Positions 27,130 through 38,800 of a stretch of 64,000 nt of DNA are shown piece after piece. The notes under the pieces are model-generated. The model was not told the DNA's origin. It saw nothing but the letters and a program-made list of their open reading frames with translations, and made no database searches. Made by a program: the position numbers and the translations under genes. This DNA is from Podarcis gaigeae (Eukaryota): NCBI GenBank assembly GCA_964106915.2, contig OZ066914.1. The stretch is one strand, 5' to 3'. The first letter of the stretch is position 1. Each line of letters begins with the position of its first letter.

Positions 27130-27293
27130 NNNNNNNNNNNNNNNNNNNNNNNNNNNNNNNNNNNNNNNNNNNNNNNNNNNNNNNNNNNNNNNNNNNNNNN
27201 NNNNNNNNNNNNNNNNNNNNNNNNNNNNNNNNNNNNNNNNNNNNNNNNNNNNNNNNNNNNNNNNNNNNNNNNNNNNNNNNNNNNNNNNNNNNN
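27130..27293. other. Assembly gap
   Basis: 164 N. Confidence 1.
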
Positions 27294-27889
27294 CCAAAGC
27301 TCTAGCAGCAGAAAATGAAATAGAAAGGGAAGTGAGAAAGATGAAATAGCTTGGGAGGTGGTATTATAGAATTAATCAGTGGTGCTGTCAGGATTGTGCC
27401 ATGGAACCAAAGTCCAGGCCCAGGCCCAGGCCCAGGCCCTGACCCTTACCTGACAACAGCAAATGATGGAGACAGCAACAGTCAAACCCTACACCAGCGT
27501 TTGGTCCAGAATAGGCATGCCAGGGCATGGTTAGTCACTGCAACAACCTTTTTTTAAAAGAAGAAGAAGAAGAAGGAGAAGAAGTTTATAGTTAAAGGGA
27601 GTGGCTGACAAAGCAGGTGCACGGTTACAAGTATGCATTTCATTATTTCTCCTTCTAAAAACACGTCATCTTTTTTTCTTTTTTTCTTTTTACAACAAAA
27701 TACAGTAGCGCTTATTTACCATCAGCGCAGCAGAAACAAATCCTGTTTTACGCCTGACACCATGACGGTCCCGTGACTGAAATTTAAAACGCAAAACTGC
27801 ATATGCTTACAGTCTGGCTGGATCTAGACACATGATCCAAGAAGCGTCTCTGTTTAAAGCTTTGCAAATTTAAACAGGGAAGACTGGTA

Positions 27890-29000
27890 GAGAAAAACGG
27901 GACTCCACGTCGCCATTTGGCGGCACAATGTTATATCGCACACACCACGCATATCAATCGCTTTTTCTTTCCCAATCTTGCAGAGTCCATCCAAGTATCT
28001 CTTTATTAAAGCGGGGGTGTAAATGAGCAGTTGTAAAACATGCAAAACATGACGGAGGAAGGAGATGAAATATGCGTGCTCCACGTGGCTGTCGAAAAGG
28101 AAGAGTGGGCATAAGATCATTAAGTCCGAGGTCTGAAAGTATAGCTTAATCAACCACATGCCAACACTCGGGGCGGTAAATGGGCAACAACAAAAAGTGC
28201 CATTATGGCTTTTCCAAAAGGGATCCAAGAGGCAGCGCTCTGTTGTTGGGTGTGGCACTTCAAGGCGCCTTCGGAGACACCGAAGCCGGCGCCCAGTAGC
28301 CAATGGGCTCCCTGGAGAGCGCGGGAAGCCAATCAGATCCCGGAGGGGAGCGTCCCTGCGGGAAGGCGCTGGGCAAAGCACGTTTATGATCTATCTCCTC
28401 GCCTTCGAGCGAGTTTCTCGCTGACAGCGGCGCTGCGCGGACGTCGGAATTTCCACAGGAGATCCGTGACTGCCGCGGGGATCGCAGCGGGCAGAGAGAA
28501 GGCCGGGAGAGAATGGCTCCTCCGCTGCAGGAGACCGCGTCGGGAGTGGGGTCGGGAGCGGGAGTTGAGGAGAAGCGGGCCAACGGGGGCGGCGAGGTCC
28601 GTTCCCGCCGCTTCTTCACCTGGGAGGAGATCCAGCAGCGCTCGGGGCGGATCAAGCCCGAGCGGTGGTTGGTGATCGACAGGAAAGTCTACGACATCAG
28701 CAGCTTCCACCGGCGGCACCCGGGAGGCTCCAGGGTGATCAGCCACTATGCCGGACAAGACGCCACGGTGAGAGCGGTGCGCGGGTTGTGCTCCTCTTCC
28801 TCCTGGGGGGGGGGGGGTTGCAGGTCGCGGCGGGGAAGCCCTGGTGGCCCTGGATTACCAAGTGCGCAAGGCAGGGATGCGGATTACCAATCGCTCTTCC
28901 CTGGGACCGGCAACTTCTGGGATGGTTCTAAAACGGAGTTATCCTGGTGAACGACACGGGATGCGTGTAGAGGTCGTGTGAACGTTTCAGCGCTTGGCAA
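27890..29000 (+). promoter_or_regulatory. CpG island / promoter of the FADS1-like gene
   Basis: High CpG and GC content spanning exon 1. CCAAT boxes at 28300-28304 and 28329-28333, E-box CACGTG near 28082, YY1-like CGCCATTT near 27911. Confidence 0.75.
28513..28767 (+). CDS. FADS1: FADS1-like exon 1 (cytochrome b5 domain, HPGG)
   Basis: MAPP...[11 protein letters not shown]...[34 protein letters not shown]; donor GTGAG at 28768. Confidence 0.95.
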
Positions 29001-29809
29001 TAGTGGGCCCCCTGCCCTGACGGTTTCTTCCCCTCCTCAGGAGGGGATGGTGGTCTCAAAACTACCTGTCAATATCCTTTTGCTGCGTCTTTGGCTTTTA
29101 TTTCATACTTGCTAATTAGCTCTTGCGATTAAGGCCTCAAGCGTAGCATAATGAGTTCCATATCAGATCGATAATGTGTAGGTTTATCTCGGTCCAGCGG
29201 AAACGAGCAGGCACTGCACAGGCCTTGCTTGTGCTAGGCCTGCCTGGGAGCCCAGGGCCTTTCCACCGTACAGGCCCACAGCGCCCACTGCTGCCCCCCC
29301 CCCAAAGGTAAGGTGCTGTCCCCATGTTCACCTTTGGTCAGTCTTCACTGGGCCACTAAGGCTGGGGGAATCCTCTTCCAGGGCCCCTGTGGGGCAGTGT
29401 GAGGGGGCGCCTATTTTGGGGGCAGGAGGGGGCAGCTCAGAGACCAGGGGCAGCAGCAGTGGCTGCCCAGAGGACTCCCAAGGAGAGAGGAGAGGGGGCT
29501 GAGGGAAGACTCCGCAAGGGAGGGTGTTTGAAAAAGGGTGAGAGGCTGCCAGCTCTGCAGGCAAGGGGTGACATAACTGGGCTCCTGAGTCCCATAGGGG
29601 TGCTGCAGAAAGAAGGTAGTTGGTCAAGTCAAGGGAGCCGTGGACTCAAAAAGGTTGAAAACCTGTGCATGTTGGCATTGAGTTACCTATAAATAAATAG
29701 TTTTCTTCTCACCAAATATATGCAGATTCACTGTCAGCTTCCCTGAGTCCTACATAAAATATGTCTAATCCAGCCTTGCAACATCATGCAAATATTTCTA
29801 GCCCACCAG

Positions 29810-29840
<31 letters not shown>

Positions 29841-32800
29841 TAGTTATATGTGATCCCAAAGAGAAAAACTAACTTTTATAACAACTCTTGGGTTGTGTGG
29901 AGGTGTGTGTGTGTGTGTGTGTGTATAAGTTTTCATTTATATACATTTCAGTTAGTTGTTTTACAATAGTTGTAACGTTTAAAACCTCGATTTCCTTCCT
30001 CCTCTTTCTGTGGTTCCTTAAATTTATTTTCATCATTTCCTGCATATTCTAAATTCACTTACAGTATTCTTTTATTCATTTATTTAAATTATATATTCTT
30101 TCGAAACTGCAGGTTATTTCAATAATCCTGCCAATGTCTTTATCTGTTTACAATTTGTTTTTAAACATTCAATAAACCATTTCTGTCCTTTTACAAAAAG
30201 TTTGTTATTTTGATTTCTGATTCTTCCGGCAAGTTTCGCCATTTCTGCATAGTCCTGCATGGAGATAATTTTAATTTACCATAGATAAAAAAGCAAATAT
30301 TTAAAAGCCTGGTTTCTTGCTTATGTGCTGATTGTTGTGGAAGGAGGCATGCGGCCACACATATAAGAAATGGTTGTAGCATATATACATGTGCATACAG
30401 GAGATGTTCCATCATCGCACTAGTGGTGAGAAGGATGCTAATAAATAAAGAAATGGGTTGTGAATGAATGACCATATATGTGTAGTAGAAAAGATGTGAC
30501 TCTGTCTCTTAAAATATTGCATTACTGTTAAGCATTTAAGAAGTGTATATGTACACACAGAGCAGAGAGATCAATGGAATGGAAAAGAAGACACATCTTA
30601 AGACCCCTAGATGCAAAGTGGGAAGTCAAGAAAAGATTAAATACTTTTGTCTAGTATAGTATATGAGACCTGTCTTAGGCTGGAGATATGTCATGTCTGT
30701 GATATAAAGGGGAGGGATTTAAGAGTTGTTTCATCACAGTACAAAATTCCTACATAGAATTTTATGTTGAAAAGAATGCACAAGACAGGTCCCCCTCCCC
30801 CCCATGCGCAGCTGTTGAGAAACGTTGAATGAAAAGTAGTGGAGAAAAGAAACAAATACTGGACCTGGAAGTAACACAGGCCATGTTACCTTACACACTA
30901 GCATGAAAACAACAGATATGAATGTAGATGAGGTGCACAGCCAACACTCCTTCAACCCTCAAATGAAAATGGGTGCAAATAAGCTGTGTAGTACAAGCAG
31001 CAAATTCTTTGTTTTGAGGCTACTTTTCATCTCTCACTTCTGCCTAGATGTATGCTTGCCTTTCATTCCATCCCAATTTTATGCTTTTTTCCCTTTCTCT
31101 CCCAGGATGCATTCACAGCATTCCACCTTCATAGGGATTATGTAAGCAAGTTCTTGAATCCCTTGCTGATAGGAGAATTGGCACCAGATCAACCTAGCTC
31201 TGAGTCCAGCAAAAATGTAAGTTGGGCATGGGAAACAATTTATATGTCTATCATTTTTTTACCTTTACACTGGAAGAAAGCAGGGAAATCAGAATTCCAT
31301 TTTACATTGCATATATATGGTGCACATAATATTGCACCACTAAAGAGTGGTTTATGTTCTGTTGTCAGCAGAGGGGACGCATCTCATCTGCATTTCAAAA
31401 CAGGAAAGCTAAGACTACATTGTGACTGAGAGCTCATCCACACTTCTGGTTGGTCCATGACTCCTAGGGTATGGGTCCAAGTGGTTTTTCTTTTGTCCAG
31501 CTGCTTTACTGCTGAATTGGAGCAAACATCAGTTGGGTATTCTGTGGATTGATGTTTGTTCTGATTCAGCTATAAACAGTGGAATTTAAGAAAAACCTCT
31601 CTGACCTGTGTCTAGAAGTCATGGACCAAACGGAAGAAGTAATGGGACAAATGGAAGTATGAATGAGCCTTCAGACAGTATGGCAAACACCCGAAATAAA
31701 TAATATTTCCTTTTTTCTCCTTTAACTAGGCTTACAGTCCATTCCTATCCCTTATTATGTAATGCAGGTGTCAGGGAACCTTTGGTCAAAGCATAACTTG
31801 TGAATTACAATTACAGTGGTACCTCGGGTTAAGAACTTAATTCGTTGTGGAGGTCCATTCTTAACCTGAAACTGTTCTTAACCTGAAGCACCACTTTAGC
31901 TAATGGGGCCTCCTGCTGCTGCTGTGCCGCTGCTGCACAATTTCTGTTCTCATCCTGAAGCAAAGTTCTTAACCCGAGTTACTATTTCTTGCTTTCTTGA
32001 GTGTGTAACCTGAAGTGTCTGTAACCTGAGGTACCACTGTATTGCAGGGCTACAAATCCCATCATCCCCAGCAAGAATGGCCAATGGTCAGGGATAATGG
32101 GAATTGCACTCCAGCAACATATCGTAGATTCCCCGCTGACCCACAGAAGAAAGAAAATTAATATGTTTAGATCTCTTATTGAACAAACTCGTCTGTGAAC
32201 TAAAATTCACAAGAGAATCTTCCTTGTTGCACTTTACTACATAAGCTGTAAAAAAAAAGGTAAAGGACCCCTGGACAGTTAAGACAGCTTTCCGGGTCAT
32301 GTGGCCAGCATAACTAAACTACTTCTGGCACGACGGGGCACCATGACGGAAGCCAGAGCACATGGAAACGCCATGAACTTCTAGGTTGGCAGAAGCTGGC
32401 TCAGAGCAATGTGAGCTCACCCTGTTGCGCAGATTCAAATTGCTGATCTTCTAATCAGCAAGCCCACAGGCTCAGCGGTTTAGACCACAGCGCCATCGCG
32501 TCCCTACATACATACATAAGCTGTATGTTGTTGGGCTTATTGGCCCTACAGAAGTGTATCACGATGTTCCTTTTGATTTAATCTCTGAGTAAGCATACGC
32601 AGGATGTCATCTGGTTTAAGAATAATTTATTCTCCCCAGGGCATTTTAGAAAAAGGGAGTAGGGATCTTTAACTTAAAAGAGTACTCCCAGGAGCCTCAT
32701 CAGTTCTTGGGATTCTTTGGTGAACGCAATGGCAATAAAAGTAGTACACCATCCAAGTTAATTTGTAGTGGAGAGGCCTGCAAAGGATTTCACTGTGTGC

Positions 32801-35800
32801 CTTCTTGCATGACACTTTATTTTCATGCAGTAATGCTGTGTATGTTTAGAATCATAGAATCATAGAGTTGGAAGAGACCACAAGGGCCATCGAGTCCAAC
32901 CCCCTGCCAAGTATTCCAGTTGGCTATAGTGCCCCAAAGTTTTAGTATAATAAACTCAGATATATAAAATAACTTGACAGAATCATGAGGAAGGGTTAGC
33001 CTTGCAAATAAGTCCACAGAAGTTACTTGCCTGCAGAAATTTTTATTACCCAGCTGCCTGCACTTCCCTCAGTCGCTTTTTGCCTTCTGTTATCCAACAC
33101 TTTTCAAAGTTTGTTTGCTACACTTAGGGTATAACTAACTCACTAACTAACATTGATTTGGGGCTACAATGGCCAAGCCAAAAGTTGTGGCCACCTTACA
33201 ATCTGGATGCAGACAAGCAAGCATTTCCATAAATCAGCAAAGGCATTTTCCACCCCTGCACCCTCCTTTCCTTTCCAGGAGGCAAGGCAGAGGTGAGCAT
33301 TCCAGCCTTGGCTGATAATGGGTGAAGGGGTTCAGTTCCACCTAGCAGCTGCTGCAGGAGTCTCCCTCTCTTCTCAACTTCTCTGTTCTGCAGGAAAGAG
33401 GCAGGCGAGCCTGTGGGCTTCAGCTCATGTTGATAGTGAACCCCTGCCACTCTGCCGAACAGTAGCTGTATCTGCCTCCTCACCTCCTTTTCCTGAGAGG
33501 AAGGGAGATTGTGGGGGGTGGTATACTTCCAGCCCCTCACCCTCAGCTTTCCTCCAAAACTTGGGATCTGGTGAGGATGCGGGAATCACTGTGGATCTGC
33601 CAGAATGACGCTTTCCCATCTCTGCAGCTTGAATCCTCGGAAGAAGGCTCGTCAGAGAGCAGTACCATGGTTCGTACAGATAGCATAATTGTCAAAGACT
33701 GGTTGGTAAATGGTGATCTAAAGAATGGGAATGAACTTCTGGAAACACCACAGTTGTAACAGGGAGACTACATGGGCTCCCCAGCCATATATTTCTCCGA
33801 AGGCTTATAATCATTCATGCTGAGAAGGCGAGAAGACTTTTAATGCCATAAACAGTGGCATAACCGAGCCTTTGCTCAGGACAGATGACAGTTTGTGGTC
33901 TCTCTTCACTGCCACAACTCAGTGTGCACAACTGGAAGCTTCTCCCTGTGCCACAGGAATCACCAGAGGATTTAGTGATGCAGCTAGTACCATGGAGAGC
34001 AAGTATGGGGGACTTGTGGTCCTCCAAACGTTTTTGGACTCTTAACTCCCATCAGCCCTAGCCAGTGTGGCCCAATGGATGATGGGAGTTGGAGCCCAAT
34101 AACACCTGTAAGTGGCTGGCGCTCTTTCTCCCTGTTTTCATTTGATGCATTCCGATGTTACTTCTGTGTGTGTGTCTGGAAGAACTGGTTGCCATTCTTT
34201 GTTTCCCCACAGAAATTGCTAGTGGAAGATTTCCGGGAGCTGCGGTCCACTGTTGAGAAGATGGGACTTCTGAAGCCCAACACTCTTTTCTTCTTCCTGA
34301 TGTTCCTTCAAATCATGGTGCTGGATGCTGCTGCCTGGTTTACCATCTGGTACTTTGGATCATCCTTAGTGCCATTCTTTGTGGGCGTTGCACTGTTTAC
34401 CACTGCTCAGGTAGAATGTCTGAGACACCATTCCATCTTCGAAACTGTTTTTTTTTTCTACGCATTATTATTTCAAAAATACCATGGGGTTCATGAAACC
34501 AGAACACAGTCCAATGCAGCTAGCTCTTCATAGCACACTTGGGTTTGGGGTTGTTTGTTTGTTACCACAAAAACCAAAGCTATTTCCTTGTGCTACATTA
34601 TAAAGTACTTGTGGAACTTGGGAAAGAACTTGGGAAAGTTCTCTAGAGAACTTTGCTGTTTGAAAATCCATATTCAGACAGGGTAGTTTATCCATGCACT
34701 TATGGTTTAATAGCATCACCAAGAATCAGACACAAAATCTGTTTTCAGTTTCATGGGTCAACCCTGGTAAATATGGGGGCGTTGTTGTTTCTGCATGTGC
34801 ATAATCTTAGTAAAGAAGGAAAAGCTTTCTAGACCCTTCTAGCACCTATTACATCCCCTTATGCCAGCTTCTTTGACCTAGGGAGTCAAACTGCCCCCTC
34901 TTCCAACAAACTGAAAGACGCAATATACACAGACTTAGAGCCTATTGTGTAAGGCAGGGGTGAAGAATCTGTGACCCTCCAGATGTTGTTTGATTCAGCT
35001 CCCATCAGCCCCAGGGATGATGGGAGTTGTTATCCAGAAGCATCTGGAAAGCCACAGGTTTCTCAGCCCTGGTGCACGGACAGATGTTGGGGAGGTCAGA
35101 AGTCACACACAAACCTCCTGCACCATGCTTTTTCTGAAGAGGCAAGTGCCATGTTAATCTGGCAATATTCAGCCTTCAACAAATCCACTCGCCATAGCAA
35201 GTAAAGCATGTTTCTACTGCTTTGTGTCCTTCTTTTTAAATACAGGTGATTTATGGACTTGAATCTTTCAAGAAAAATAATCTGTGAGCCCCTAAATGCT
35301 TTTATGGAGCTGTGGCATTGGATTGTGATTAATGGATATATTTAAATAGCATGACTGAATATACTTACACTAGTTTAGAAAGGGATCATGGGGCATGGGC
35401 TGTAATATTAGGGTTAAAGAGGTCAGGAAATAATGCTGGAGCCTGTTGTGACTGCTTTACTGGTTGCTGATAGGAAGAATAATATTTGTGTGTGTGTTTT
35501 GGTGCTTGTATTTTTAAACTGCTATGTGAAGAACAAATATATTAATCACATTCATTGATTCACTTTGCGTATTACCTTTAATCATTCAAATGGGCATCCC
35601 CAATTAGTCGAGAAATGCTTTGCCCTAGTTCAGATCAGCATCATATAGACAATCTTCAGGCTTGTTAGCTCCATCCTCTGCTTTTCTGGTACAGCTGCAA
35701 GGTGGAAATAAGAAGCTTTTGTCTTTAACTAAGCTTTGTTTAGTGTTGTGTTCATGCCAGGATAAACTGTGGTTAGTCTGAACTATGGTTACCTGAAACA

Positions 35801-38800
35801 AGCCTGACTCCAACCATAGTGTATGAAGTTGGCTTGTTTCAAAATCATAGTTAATCACAGACGCTACACTAAAGTGCCATTAATTGAAAACAGAAGTAAA
35901 ATCATTCAGTCTCATCTTTGTGGCCATGCCAGAGGAGGAGAGGGGAGAGAAGCAAGTAAGCCCATGGCTTGGGAAGTAATCCTTAACGACATCTTAGCAT
36001 TACATCCAAATCAGGCCATAGTGTTTCCCAGCTAATTGGGGATTGCATTTGAGATAATTAAAGCCTGCAATCTTATGTAAAAAATAATTGCCTTTGGCAT
36101 GGATGATCTCCTGGTACTTTGTTTAAAAAAGAGTTATTGCATTGTTTTCATTTTATGTTTAGTTGTTGAAATAAATTTAAAAATTGTCCAGTAGCATCTT
36201 AGAGACCAACTAAGTTTGCTCTGGGTATAAGCTTTCGTGTGCATGCACACTTCTTTAGATATGCACATGAAAGCTTATACCTAGAAAAAAACTTAGTTGG
36301 TTATTTTTTTTATTATTATTTTGACTGCGTTAGACCAACACGGCTACCTACCTGAATCTATGTTTAGTTGTGCAATGGATCTGAGTTATGTTTTCTTAAT
36401 GATCCTCCTTATCTTCCAGAATCAAATGTCCTGGTTGCAGCATGACTTGGGACACCTTTCAGTCTTCAGCACATCCACATTGAACCACTGGGTTCACAAG
36501 ATCTTAATGGGCACAGTGAAAGTAGGTATTCTGAGTGGAAGCTGTCCTTTTTCACAGCCAGTGGGTTTGACTTCTGCTCTGTTTTCAACCCTGTGTTCTC
36601 CTCTCCTATAGGGAATGCCAGCCCAGTGGTGGAATAACCTGCATTTCCAGCACCACGCCAAACCCAACTGTTTCCGTAAAGACCCTGATCTCAACATGCA
36701 CCCCCTGGTGTTTGCTTTGGGGAAGAAGCTGGCTACAGAGGTATGTTTGCAAGGTGTATGCTACTGAAGGGTTGCTTAGGAAAGCAGCCAGAAAGAGTGG
36801 ACAGCCAAGAATAAAGCTGTTGGGCAGCTTACACGAGACAGCCATGATTTTCAGCAGGAAAACGTCAGGTTTAAAATATATTTTAAATTGTATAAAATAT
36901 AAAGATTATACACACACACACACACACAATTATAAAGGCAAATAATATATAAGCGTGATATATAGGAGGTAAAATATTGACATGTTTTCAGACCTTATTT
37001 CCTTTACCTACACTAACAAAACAGTCTGAAGGGAAAGAAAAAGAAATAAAAACTGAGTAACTACACATTCATATAGAAGCAACATACTACCAACATTTTG
37101 TATAGATATAATCAAACTGAATGTCCATAAAGAAAGTATTTTTTATTTCGTATGTCTTAATTTTTCATTCTTAGCATAACTTATAATTTGACCCTTGGTT
37201 AAAAATTCTTTCAAGTTGCTTAGTTACTGAGAAGTAAGTCCTCCTGAGTTCAATAAGACTTATTTCCAGGTAAACGTGTACAGGAGTAAGTCCCATTGAC
37301 TTCAATGAGGCATTTTAGGTTTTAGTTTTAGTAGATATGCAGAGGATTGTGATATCAAGGGGCAACACCTGAATTTTTTAATAAGCCAAGTACCTGCTTT
37401 CCTGTTTCTATGTTCTGTGTGTCTTCCAAGCTCCTAGTTTCGATTGTTGATTCGAATGCTGCCTACATTTTTATGATATGTTGTCCATCAGGAAAGACCA
37501 CAGAAATATATAATGGGGTCAGGAGGGTACAATGGGCCCCAAGCAGAGAATGATCATTCATACTCTGAGGGTCCTGGTTGGAAGAAAGACAGGCTTAAAG
37601 TGTAATAAATAAAATAGCTTTTGGGGGGCAGATCATCCCAGTTGGCCTCTCTCTCTCTCTCGTTTATGGTAGCAAGGATGTGTAATTTCATAAGGTCATG
37701 ACCCAGCCTTGGTTATGACTTTTATTTCCACACACCCCATTCTATGATGAAGCCCAGGGGGAGATGGGAGTTAAGGTGCTAAGTATATTTTATTCATGTA
37801 GCAGCTGTCACCCAGAGATTGAAAGAATAGGTGATAAGGTGGGTGTCTATAGCCTGAGTGAGACGTTGATACCTCTTTCTTCACAGCTCGGGTTGCAGAA
37901 AAAGAAGTATATGCCTTACAACCATCAGCACAAGTACTTCTGGCGTGAGTATCTTTGTCCCTGAAAAATGTCACAAGTTTCCACTCCTTTGTCACAGAGC
38001 TTCTCCTTCCTGAGATACTTTTCTAAGTGAAATAGTGTGAATATCTGCTGGGTTGAGAGTCTTCTGTCACGGGACTTGCTCTTGATGGAGTCCCTGATCC
38101 ACCTCCCCAAGAGCCAGGTCTGCCACAACTCATCAGGTCCAGCCAGGGGCAGGGCAGGGAGCAGCTGCCACCACAAAATCCTAATGAAGGGCTCTTGGAG
38201 CTCATGAGTTTAAATTCCCTGGAGGAACCAATCAGAGAGAAAGGGGAGAAAAGTTACCTGAGAAGGGAAAGATGGGCCCAGAGGCCTAAGGAGGTTTCAG
38301 CTCTTGGTTACCTGAGAGGTTCTTCCCCAACCTGCATGAAGTTACAGAGAGCTTTGAAAAGGGGAATCCCCTGCCCCCCCCCCCAACACTATATAAGGGA
38401 ACCTGGCTACTGGGGTGCCCCAGAGAGGATCTTGTGCCATTTTGGTTTTATGTAGTATTATATTTATATTGCACCTTTCCTCCAGGGAACTCAAGGTGGC
38501 CTACAGAATTCTCCTTCTCCTTCTCCCCATTTTATCCTCACAACCCCCCTGTAATGGAGATTAGGCTGAGAATGCCATAACCTCTAGATCTCTCACTTCC
38601 CAAGCTCTGTAGCTCAGGGAAGGGAGCTATTGGGGTGTATGTTCATTCCTGTTGGACTGAGCCCTTGATGTCCAACGCCTCTCCGACGCCTCTGGGGGTG
38701 ACCCAGGCTCTGAGAAAGGTGAGGTAGAGTCTATGGAAAATGAGTGGTTGCTGCTCTGCAAGACCTTTGGAATCTGTGGCTTTACAGCACTAACCTTCAA

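Noticed and set aside
27004-27297. 97-aa ORF in the track
   Set aside because: Mostly N gap.
27854-28758. Several long overlapping ORFs on both strands around exon 1
   Set aside because: By-product of GC-rich CpG-island composition; only the 28513 frame has recognisable homology.
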